This document shows positions 1 through 8,372 of a DNA stretch of 64,000 nt, one piece after another. The DNA is from a virus (taxonomy: Duplodnaviria; Heunggongvirae; Uroviricota; Caudoviricetes). The position numbers and the translations under genes are program-made. A model generated the notes under the pieces. That model did no database searches. It was given only the letters and a program-made list of their open reading frames with translations, and was not told the DNA's origin. Location of the stretch: the IMG/VR virus record IMGVR_UViG_3300029705_000015, one strand, 5' to 3'. Each line of letters begins with the position of its first letter. Within the stretch, counting starts at the first letter, position 1.

Positions 1-546
1 CGTGAAGGTAAATATGATCGTGTTTTATCTGAAGAAAATTTAACATCCTGGATCAGAGGATTGTTACCTAACTCAGCTGATGACTCAAAAAACTCACCTA
101 GTAGTTACATGATTACACCTGTTATTCCCGATAACTTTGCTCAATCTAATTCCGACGGAAAATCAGAATACATTGAGTTTATTATTGGTGGCTACTATGT
201 GAAACTTTCTGGATCTTGTTTGGAGGGAACTATTGATACTGATTCTGCATACGACATTTATGCAAGAATAACAAGATCAAATAGTTTAGTATTCAAACAG
301 TTAAACGGAAGTGTGGATGCTCCAAATTTCACATATGTGGAGCTTTATAGAGTTGATGCTGACGATCAAGGAGTATTTCAGACATTCTCGGATAGTGTAG
401 CAACTACACTTCCAAGTAATCCTGGTACTATTAGTGCGGATTCTTACCATCTTCACATTCTCAGGAAAGAAGCAGGAAGTGATACATTCATAATTCCAAC
501 AAGTTCTTTGAGTATTTACAATGTAATTGATGGTGGAGAAATCTAA
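1..546 (+). CDS. Hypothetical protein, 5'-truncated by window edge
   Basis: Frame is open from base 1 (cgt gaa ggt...) through the tracked 61..546 ORF to TAA; no motif recognised. Confidence 0.7.
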   Translation, partial: REGKYDRVLSEENLTSWIRGLLPNSADDSKNSPSSYMITPVIPDNFAQSNSDGKSEYIEFIIGGYYVKLSGSCLEGTIDTDSAYDIYARITRSNSLVFKQLNGSVDAPNFTYVELYRVDADDQGVFQTFSDSVATTLPSNPGTISADSYHLHILRKEAGSDTFIIPTSSLSIYNVIDGGEI

Positions 547-565
547 ATAATTTTTAGTAGAATCC

Positions 566-596
566 TTGATTTCCACCCTTACAACTTGTATATAAT
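566..596 (+). promoter_or_regulatory. sigma70/sigmaA-type promoter
   Basis: TTGATT 566-571 with TATATA at 17 bp or TATAAT at 19 bp spacing. Confidence 0.55.
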
Positions 597-655
597 ACTG
601 TACGATAATCTATAAGTCGTACAGTATTTTATTTTGATAATTTTAGGATACTCAC

Positions 656-961
656 ATGAAAACTCGTAAATTTGAAATCATTCAGTGCCCTAAGTGCGGC
701 AGAGAATATTTACCAGCTGAAATTTTTGTTCCTCATGCATTCTTTGGTAAACCATTTGATATTGTTCGCGATGTTTACGGAAAGATTCTTGACTATGATG
801 GAACATCGGTTGATGCTGTGGAAACATATACATGTGACAAATGTAACACTCTTTTCCAAGTAAGAGCAAAGATGACATTTGTTGTGGATAATACTGTTGT
901 TGGAGACATTGATGAAGAGTATTCTTCTCCACTGCCTACTAACACATTGTTTGTGGAATAA
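656..961 (+). CDS. Zn-ribbon protein
   Basis: CPKC...CDKC; SD agga upstream. Confidence 0.7.
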   Translation: MKTRKFEIIQCPKCGREYLPAEIFVPHAFFGKPFDIVRDVYGKILDYDGTSVDAVETYTCDKCNTLFQVRAKMTFVVDNTVVGDIDEEYSSPLPTNTLFVE

Positions 962-963
962 TA

Positions 964-2646
964 ATGATACGAATACAAGAGAGACAAACAGTGAAAGTTC
1001 CTGGAATAACTTCGCTGTTTGTTTCATTTGATTTTAACAAGCTCATTGTTGAAGAGCTGAAGATGCTTCAAGGATGTGTTTACAATCCTGATACTAAGGA
1101 ATGGGAGATGCCGTTAACTAATCTTACTGAGTTCCTTGATAGAACTTGTAAGATAGATAATATAACAGTTGAAACCCTTCCTGTTAAAAATATTCAGGAC
1201 ACTGTTTATGAGTTATCTAAATATCAAACGCAACCGTTTGACTATCAGCTTGAAGGTATTCAGTATGGTTTGAATCATGATTGTTTCTTACTTCTTGATG
1301 CTCCCGGCCTTGGTAAGACTTTACAGTTAACATATCTTGCTAAGGAACTAAAAGAGCGTGAGGGGCTGGAACATTGTCTTATCATCTGTGGTATCAACAC
1401 TCTAAAAACTAACTGGAAAAGTGAGATTGAAAAACATTCAGATCTCAGCTGTAGAATTCTAGGTCAACGAATCAATCGTAAAGGTAAACTTGTTGTTGAT
1501 GGAATTCCGGAACGGTTAGCACAACTAAAAGCTCCAATTGAAGAGTTCTTTGTTATTACAAATATTGAGACTCTTCGTGATGAGAAGATTCTCAATGCTC
1601 TTTTGAAGAACAAACATAACAAGTTTGATATGATTGTTGTTGATGAGATACACAAAGCAAAGAGCCATACATCTCAGCAAGGAAAACATCTACTCAAGTT
1701 AAACAAAGCAAAGCACCGGATAGGGGCAACAGGAACATTGTTATTGAACAATCCCCTTGATTCTTATGCTCCGTTGAAGTGGATTGGAGCCGAAAGAGCA
1801 ACTTATACTAACTTCAAGTATTATTACTGTAACTACGGTGGTCCGTTTGGCAACATGTTGCTTGGATTCAAGAATGTTCATATTCTCCAAGATCAAATCA
1901 AACGATACTCTTTGAGAAGAACAAAAGATATTTTGAATCTTCCTCCGAAAACATTTATTCCAGAATATGTAGATATGTGTGATTCACAGTCTATATTCTA
2001 TAATAATGTTAAAGAGGGAATTGCTCAAGAGCTTAATCAGATGAAAGTTAAGCTCACTACAACAAATATGTTGGCCATGGTTGCAAGATTGAGACAAGCT
2101 ACAGCTTTTCCGAGTATCCTTACAACTGATAACATTCCATCTTCAAAGATTGAACGAGCAGTAGACTTAGCGGAGCAGATTGTAGACAGTGGTGAGAAAG
2201 TTGTTATATTCTCAACATTCAAAGAAACTGTCTATGAGATTGCACGTATACTACAGCCTTACGGTGTTGTTATCGGAACAGGTGACCAATCGGATGAGGA
2301 GATTGATTACGCGAAGAACGCATTACAAACTGATCCAAACACGAAAGTATTTGTTGGAACTTGGCAGAAATGCGGAACAGGAATCACCCTTACAGCAGCT
2401 AGTTACATGATCTTTATTGATACTCCGTGGACTGCGGCGGATGTTGGTCAAGCAAGCGATAGAATTTATCGTATTGGTACAAAGGACTCAGTATTCATCT
2501 ACAATCTTATTGCTCGTGATACGATCGATGAACGGGTATGGGAGCTTGTTAATGATAAGGAAGCACTTTCTGATTACATTGTTGATGAAAAGATAACAGA
2601 AAAAGGCATCAATAGCTTGAGGAAGTACATCGAAGAATTTATCTAG
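964..2646 (+). CDS. SNF2/SWI2-family helicase/translocase with N-terminal HARP-like domain
   Basis: DAPGLGKT, VVDEIH, TGT, QASDRIYRIG motifs. Confidence 0.9.
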   Translation: MIRIQERQTVKVPGITSLFVSFDFNKLIVEELKMLQGCVYNPDTKEWEMPLTNLTEFLDRTCKIDNITVETLPVKNIQDTVYELSKYQTQPFDYQLEGIQYGLNHDCFLLLDAPGLGKTLQLTYLAKELKEREGLEHCLIICGINTLKTNWKSEIEKHSDLSCRILGQRINRKGKLVVDGIPERLAQLKAPIEEFFVITNIETLRDEKILNALLKNKHNKFDMIVVDEIHKAKSHTSQQGKHLLKLNKAKHRIGATGTLLLNNPLDSYAPLKWIGAERATYTNFKYYYCNYGGPFGNMLLGFKNVHILQDQIKRYSLRRTKDILNLPPKTFIPEYVDMCDSQSIFYNNVKEGIAQELNQMKVKLTTTNMLAMVARLRQATAFPSILTTDNIPSSKIERAVDLAEQIVDSGEKVVIFSTFKETVYEIARILQPYGVVIGTGDQSDEEIDYAKNALQTDPNTKVFVGTWQKCGTGITLTAASYMIFIDTPWTAADVGQASDRIYRIGTKDSVFIYNLIARDTIDERVWELVNDKEALSDYIVDEKITEKGINSLRKYIEEFI

Positions 2647-2715
2647 TTGATAAAACTCATTTTCTACTATATCATTGTGGTAGTAAAGAGTGAGTTCAAT
2701 ATGTAAATATGTTAT

Positions 2716-2750
2716 GAAACCGCTCATTCAATTGAGCGGTTTCTTTTTAT
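2716..2750 (+). terminator. Rho-independent terminator
   Basis: gaaaccgctca/tgagcggtttc 11-bp stem followed by ttttt. Confidence 0.9.
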
Positions 2751-2781
2751 AGTTGATGTTATCTTACTCCTATCTTATAAT
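2751..2781 (+). promoter_or_regulatory. AGTTGA-type promoter
   Basis: TTGATG 2753-2758, 17 bp, TATAAT 2776-2781. Confidence 0.85.
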
Positions 2782-2810
2782 AATAGTAACTAGTAAACGG
2801 TTAAGGGGGA

Positions 2811-3647
2811 GTGATGCTCGACGATTACAAAGAAGCGTTTAGACAATGCGCCGATCTAATTGATGGTTGGCAAAATTTATCGAAGAATGAACTATGCATA
2901 AAATATGTTGAGAGTGAAGGTAATAAAAATCTTCAAGATTCATATTTTAGTGCTATAATGTATCGTTACTGGAATCTGATTGCAAAGTATCATTACATGA
3001 GTAGTAACGTTGCTTCACCAGAAGATTGTTATGAGTGGCTTGAAGATTCTGTTTACTGTTGTTTAACTTCAAAGAGCTGGGAAAAGAAAGATAGCTCGAT
3101 ATATCGTGATCCAAATGGCCCAGATAAGGTTATAAACCGATGTATGAAGTGTGCAAGATTAACATATTATCAGTTTATCAACAGAAAGAAACGAAAAGAT
3201 AATTTTGGACTGCTTAGTTTGGATGAGCTATCTGAGTTGTTCGGTACAACCATTAGTGAACCAGAAAGTTCAGAAAATTTAGATGAGGATATTGAGAAAT
3301 GGGCAATTGAGGATTACATAAAGTATCTTTTCACAAAGAAAGATTATTTCGCAGCTGTTGTGTTAGACGCTATTCAGACACAAGAAGTTTTTGATATTAA
3401 AACTTCAAAGGAACTTGGAAGTCAAGTAGTGTTTAGTTTAAGAAAACTAACAAGATTTATGTCAAATATTGAAGATGATTATGTTCAGTATTTTGCGGAT
3501 AAATATCATTTCTCATATGAAGAGGCTGAGTACGGAATGGAATATTTTCGTAAGTTGAAACAGCCAACAATCAAAGCAAAAATTCAAACTGTTCTGGAAA
3601 GATTACAGAACGATGCATTTATCAAATTACTTAAAGAGGGTCGCTGA
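2811..3647 (+). CDS. Putative sigma-factor-like transcription protein
   Basis: Region-2-like pattern (RYWNLIAK...EDCYEWL...RDPN...VINRCMKCARLTYYQFINRKKR...SLDEL); weak. Confidence 0.4.
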   Translation: MMLDDYKEAFRQCADLIDGWQNLSKNELCIKYVESEGNKNLQDSYFSAIMYRYWNLIAKYHYMSSNVASPEDCYEWLEDSVYCCLTSKSWEKKDSSIYRDPNGPDKVINRCMKCARLTYYQFINRKKRKDNFGLLSLDELSELFGTTISEPESSENLDEDIEKWAIEDYIKYLFTKKDYFAAVVLDAIQTQEVFDIKTSKELGSQVVFSLRKLTRFMSNIEDDYVQYFADKYHFSYEEAEYGMEYFRKLKQPTIKAKIQTVLERLQNDAFIKLLKEGR

Positions 3648-4393
3648 TGCTGATTGATCTGTTAAGTATGTCAAATTATGTGCATTTTAATGTGAAGTTG
3701 GCACATATTATTGGCTTGAACTCTGCCATCTATTTGAGTCAGATTATGGACATCAATGAGAAGGCCATTCGTAAAGAAAAAACAGAAAAGAATTTTTTCA
3801 CAATTGATCGGGAATACATTACAAAAAGAACAACAATCTCTGAAAAAGAACAGAAAGAGATTGAGAATAATCTTATCAAGATCGGTGTTCTTGAAAGGTC
3901 TACAGATAATGCCGATACTATTCTTCTCAACATCACAGTGCTAACAAGCATTCTGATGTCTCCTGATGAAGAATTGATAAGAGATATATCCTCTCTGTCA
4001 AAACCTAAACCGAAGAGAAGTAAGGCTGAAGCAATCAAGGACACATTGAAACAGAATATTGTTACAGTAAATCCTGAATTGCGGAACGCATACTTTTCCT
4101 GGATTGATGCAGTATACGAAAAAGATGGATTTATGACAAAACAAGCTGTCGTAGCTGCACAGGCACGGATTGATGAATTTTCAGGAAGAAATCTGGATAT
4201 TGCTCTAAAAGTACTTGAAATTGCATCCATCAATGCATATAGAGATATTACTTGGGCAATCAACACATATAACAAAGATTACAAGGTCGGATATACTTTT
4301 ACTTCGTTAAAACTGACACAGCCGCCTAACAAGGGTTCAAATGTTCAGCCAGCTACACCCGTTAGAAAACGACTTAGCAATGAAGTATTCTGA
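3647..4393 (+). CDS. Putative replication initiator (wHTH N-terminus, DnaD-like C-terminus)
   Basis: IGLNSAIYL...TTISEKEQKEIENNLIKIGVL wHTH-like segment; directly upstream of loader and helicase. Confidence 0.55.
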   Translation: MLIDLLSMSNYVHFNVKLAHIIGLNSAIYLSQIMDINEKAIRKEKTEKNFFTIDREYITKRTTISEKEQKEIENNLIKIGVLERSTDNADTILLNITVLTSILMSPDEELIRDISSLSKPKPKRSKAEAIKDTLKQNIVTVNPELRNAYFSWIDAVYEKDGFMTKQAVVAAQARIDEFSGRNLDIALKVLEIASINAYRDITWAINTYNKDYKVGYTFTSLKLTQPPNKGSNVQPATPVRKRLSNEVF

Positions 4394-4410
4394 GGCAGGG
4401 AGGAGGCGCA

Positions 4411-5121
4411 GTGTCAGGAATTCAATTAAGTGATGAATGTTATCTTAGATCCACTTGTTGGAAGTATCAGAATAATCCTGAAGCAGAATGTAAGACTCAA
4501 AACATCTATTGTCCAAGATTGTTTCGGATGAACTATTTGTATGAAGAGTCTTTGATGTCAATGAAACAACGTCAACATGTTCCTCTAAGGATCGATGAAG
4601 ATGGAACAGATTGTGAAGCATTCAACAAATTGAAGTCAATTGAGGTAAATATCGAGAAATTTGTTGGTGGCGGAAACAATCTTTATCTACACTCTACAAC
4701 ATGTGGTAACGGTAAAACAGCGTGGGCATTACGATTGCTACAGAGCTACATCGGGAAGATTTGGTTCAAGTCTGATCTCAAATGTAAAGTTCTGTTTATC
4801 AATGTTCCTCGATTTATTCTTGCGTTGAAAGATAGCATCAGCGAAACAAATGACTACATTCAACATGTAAAGAAAAATATATTTACAGCAGATCTTGTTG
4901 TTTTTGATGAAGTTGGAACAAAAGCATTAACTACATGGGAACATGAACAGATATTGAATCTGATAAATACACGGATTGATATGAACAAATCAAATATCTA
5001 TACATCTAATCTTACAGGGCTTGAGCTTCGTGAGAAGGTTGGAGATAGGCTGTACAGTAGAATCATGAACTTATCAGTAGATATTGAGTTGTTTGGAAGT
5101 GATAAGAGAGGAGCAGTATAA
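4411..5121 (+). CDS. DnaC/IstB-like helicase loader ATPase
   Basis: CGNGKT Walker A, LVVFDEVG, IYTSN, DRLYSRI. Confidence 0.85.
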   Translation: MSGIQLSDECYLRSTCWKYQNNPEAECKTQNIYCPRLFRMNYLYEESLMSMKQRQHVPLRIDEDGTDCEAFNKLKSIEVNIEKFVGGGNNLYLHSTTCGNGKTAWALRLLQSYIGKIWFKSDLKCKVLFINVPRFILALKDSISETNDYIQHVKKNIFTADLVVFDEVGTKALTTWEHEQILNLINTRIDMNKSNIYTSNLTGLELREKVGDRLYSRIMNLSVDIELFGSDKRGAV

Positions 5122-5124
5122 CAG

Positions 5125-6402
5125 ATGGTACAGTTACAGCTACTCAATTACTTACTTCAAACTGGAGATGCATCTCTACTTAAAGTTAACAATGTTGACG
5201 ATACTTTCTTTTCAGATTATGTTGAGGAATACAGTTTCATTCGTGACCATATGAGTCAGTATGGGCAAGTTCCTGATAGACTAACATTTGCAAGCAAGTT
5301 CGTTGATTTTGATTGGATTGAAGTTAGAGAGAATCCAAACTATCTTATTGATGAACTTTATCGTGATAGAAACAAGAGAACACTAGCTCGTGTATTTAAC
5401 GGCGTTCGTGATAGAATCAATTCCGGTGACATTGAGGGAGCAATGGCGCTCTTTACAACATCTTCTCAAGATGTATTATCCTCAACTCACATTGATTGTG
5501 TCGATATCATTCGCGATACCTCACGTTATGATGCATATTTAGAGAGAACACAGGATTTTTCAAAGTACTATGTCAAGACTGGTTTTAATGAACTGGATGA
5601 ATTGATCGGTGGTTGGGATAGACTTGAAGAATATGCAACAATTGTAGCTCGTCCCGGTGTGGGTAAGTCCTGGGTGCTTCTTAGATGTGCAATGGCTGCT
5701 GCAGAACAAGGATTACGGTGCGGTCTCTACTCTGGTGAGATGAGCGAAATCAAGGTTGGATACAGATTTGATACTCTTGCGGGGCACATCTCAAACAGCG
5801 GAATCATCCACGGTAATGCAGAGTTGATGAACAACTATAAAGCATTCTTAGATTCAATGGAATCAAGATTTTCTGGGTGTATCAAAGTTATTACCCCTAA
5901 GATGATAAAACACTCTGCAACTGTTATGGATCTTGAGGCGTTTATTGAGAAGGAACAACTTGATATCCTGTTTATTGATCAGCATTCTCTGATGGAAGAT
6001 CAAAGAAGAGCAAAAGATCCAGTAACACGAGCAGCTAACATTTCAAAAGACTTAAAAAATCTACAAGTTTTGAAACGCATTCCAATTATTACTGTGTCTC
6101 AGCAGAATAGAAATATGGTTGATGAGAATTCAGTTATTGATGTTTCTCACATTGCTCAAGCTGATAGAATCGGTCAGGATAGTACTGTTGTTGTATTTCT
6201 TGAACAGAAAAATCATGTTTTAACAATGCATCTTGCAAAATCTAGAGACAACGGAGCTGGAGTGAAATTGAAATACGCGATTGATCTTGATAAGGGTGTA
6301 TTTCAGTTTATCCCGAATGAGGATGACGCTCTGGAAGGATCTTCTTGTGAGGAATTGAGACAAGAGTTTGAACCCACTTATGATGGAGGAAATCCGTTTT
6401 AA
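5125..6402 (+). CDS. dnaB: Replicative DnaB-like helicase
   Basis: ARPGVGKS, SGEMS, FIDQ, SQQNR, AKSRD. Confidence 0.9.
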   Translation: MVQLQLLNYLLQTGDASLLKVNNVDDTFFSDYVEEYSFIRDHMSQYGQVPDRLTFASKFVDFDWIEVRENPNYLIDELYRDRNKRTLARVFNGVRDRINSGDIEGAMALFTTSSQDVLSSTHIDCVDIIRDTSRYDAYLERTQDFSKYYVKTGFNELDELIGGWDRLEEYATIVARPGVGKSWVLLRCAMAAAEQGLRCGLYSGEMSEIKVGYRFDTLAGHISNSGIIHGNAELMNNYKAFLDSMESRFSGCIKVITPKMIKHSATVMDLEAFIEKEQLDILFIDQHSLMEDQRRAKDPVTRAANISKDLKNLQVLKRIPIITVSQQNRNMVDENSVIDVSHIAQADRIGQDSTVVVFLEQKNHVLTMHLAKSRDNGAGVKLKYAIDLDKGVFQFIPNEDDALEGSSCEELRQEFEPTYDGGNPF

Positions 6403-7352
6403 TGCACATCAAGATACGGAATAAAATGATAACTGAACCTATCGAGTATATTCTGTATCAGGTTCAGAGAGAGCTCACGAATGGCAAACTAAGAGAGATT
6501 ACACGACCGAAGGGTGACAACATTCTCATAAGCTGCCCTTGTCACAAGGGAGGCAAAGAACGGCACGCTAGTTGTAATGTTTTGATAAATCCTGAAGGTG
6601 ATCTTGAAGTTGGATTTGCTCATTGTTGGTCTTGTGGGTATGATGCTCCATTTCCTCAGCTAATTGCTGATCTGTTTGATGAGTCCTTACAATTCGGTGA
6701 GGAATGGCTTGTTGAAAGGTACGGCGATGTTCTTGTTCAACAAGAGGTAGTTCTTCCTGAAATAACTGTAGATCAACCAAGACCAGAAGTTAGGAAGTTT
6801 CTTGATGAAAGTTGTTTAACAGCTTTTGATTACTATCATCCATACATGTGGACGAGAAAGTTAACAAAGGAAGTTGTTGATAGATTTCGTGTTGGGTATG
6901 ATAAAACAAGAGATGCAATAACATTTCCAGTATATGATGAGAAACATCGACTAGTTATGGTTACTGCTCGTAGCACAAAAACTAAGAGATTCTGGATTCC
7001 AGCTGATGTTGATAAACCAGTTTATTTGTTATATGATCTTCTTGAGAGAGGATCAGATACTGCTTTTGTTTGTGAAAGTCAACTTAATGCCCTATATCTC
7101 AGAACATTCAATTATCCATCTATAGGTCTCTTCGGCACGGGAAGTGAGAAGCAGTACGAAACATTGCGTAAATGTGGGATAAGAAATTATGTTCTGTTTT
7201 TTGACGGTGATGAAGCGGGAGCAAAGGGTGCAATGAGATTCCGTAAAAATATGCCAAAAGATGTATTTATAACTGAAGTTAAACTTCCCGCTGGAAAAGA
7301 TGTTAATGATTTAACAAAAGAAGAAATTGATTATTACTACAATCAAAGTTGA
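6402..7352 (+). CDS. dnaG: DnaG-like primase
   Basis: CPCH...HCWSCG Zn finger, ITFP, TOPRIM CES...FDGDEAG, KDVND. Confidence 0.9.
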   Translation: MHIKIRNKMITEPIEYILYQVQRELTNGKLREITRPKGDNILISCPCHKGGKERHASCNVLINPEGDLEVGFAHCWSCGYDAPFPQLIADLFDESLQFGEEWLVERYGDVLVQQEVVLPEITVDQPRPEVRKFLDESCLTAFDYYHPYMWTRKLTKEVVDRFRVGYDKTRDAITFPVYDEKHRLVMVTARSTKTKRFWIPADVDKPVYLLYDLLERGSDTAFVCESQLNALYLRTFNYPSIGLFGTGSEKQYETLRKCGIRNYVLFFDGDEAGAKGAMRFRKNMPKDVFITEVKLPAGKDVNDLTKEEIDYYYNQS

Positions 7353-7377
7353 TCATTCCGATCAGCTTAAATATAAT
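7347..7377 (+). promoter_or_regulatory. AGTTGA-type promoter
   Basis: TTGATC 7349-7354, 17 bp, TATAAT 7372-7377. Confidence 0.85.
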
Positions 7378-7406
7378 ATGGTTGCATAAACTACCAACTA
7401 AGGAGA

Positions 7407-8351
7407 ATGATAATGGCAAAAGTTAATTTCAACAATGTAGATGAAATTGAAGCTCAGGCTCAAGGAAATGGTGCTCCTGGTTCTGATGTTGGTTTCTTCA
7501 CATTGAAGAACGACAATGACGAGGCTGTTGTTCGTTTCATGTGCGACAGTACTGATGATTTTGAGATTCTGACCTGTCACGAAGTTCAGATTGGATCTCG
7601 CTATCGTAAGGTCAACTGTATTCGGGATCCTCGCGAGCCTCTGGATAACTGTCCTCTGTGTAAGAGCGGAGCAAGAATCAATAACAGATTCTTTATCAAG
7701 CTGATTCAGTATGATAAGGTTACTGACCCTACTACCGGAGTTGTGAAAGTTGTTCCGAAGGCAATGATGTGGGAGCGTTCAACAGCTTATGCAAAGACTT
7801 TGAAGTCTTATCTAGATAACTATGGTCCTTTGTCTGATGTTATCTGTAAGATTATTCGTCATGGCAAGGCAGGAGATATGCAAACTACTTACGAGATTGT
7901 TCCCAATCTGAGTAAAGCTGTTTACAAAGATGAGATCTATGTTAAAGAAACCAATCTGTTTGGAGATTTTGAAGCATTCGGTACTGTTGTAATGGATAGA
8001 ACTGCAGACGAAATGAATCATTTCTTAGCAACAGGTGAGTTCCCTGCTCGTCAGGCTACTAATGCAGCTCCTCAAGCTCAGACAGCTCCAGTAGCACCTG
8101 TTGTTCCTCAGCAGTATGCAACTGCTCCTGCAACTTATGCGGATGCAACTCAGGTCCCTCCTCAGCAGTATGCAGCCCCTGTTGTTCCTCAGCAGCCTGT
8201 AGCATACACTCAACCCGCCCCTATTGCACAGCCCCAGTATGCTCCTGCCCCTATGACTGCTTCTGCACAGGAAGCCCCTGTTCAGCGTATGCCGTGGGAG
8301 GCAGCTCCGACTTCTGCCCCTGGCGGATTTGAGAGACCTCGTCGTTACTAA
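7407..8351 (+). CDS. Phage ssDNA-binding protein (gp32-like) with Pro/Gln/Ala-rich tail
   Basis: FFTLKND...VRF, CH...C...CPLC Zn site, located between primase and polymerase. Confidence 0.75.
   Translation: MIMAKVNFNNVDEIEAQAQGNGAPGSDVGFFTLKNDNDEAVVRFMCDSTDDFEILTCHEVQIGSRYRKVNCIRDPREPLDNCPLCKSGARINNRFFIKLIQYDKVTDPTTGVVKVVPKAMMWERSTAYAKTLKSYLDNYGPLSDVICKIIRHGKAGDMQTTYEIVPNLSKAVYKDEIYVKETNLFGDFEAFGTVVMDRTADEMNHFLATGEFPARQATNAAPQAQTAPVAPVVPQQYATAPATYADATQVPPQQYAAPVVPQQPVAYTQPAPIAQPQYAPAPMTASAQEAPVQRMPWEAAPTSAPGGFERPRRY
8097..8195 (+). repeat. Coding direct repeats in SSB tail
   Basis: cctgttgttcctcagcag at 8097 and 8178; cctcagcagtatgca at 8106 and 8160. Confidence 0.85.
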
Positions 8352-8372
8352 GATTTTGTGAGGTAAGAGAAT

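Noticed and set aside
3739-4275. Long minus-strand ORFs (also 10703-11269, 40327-40839, 45674-46117, 49791-50348 and others)
   Set aside because: They are antisense shadows of well-supported + strand genes, with no SD, promoter or recognisable motifs. The whole window is co-oriented.
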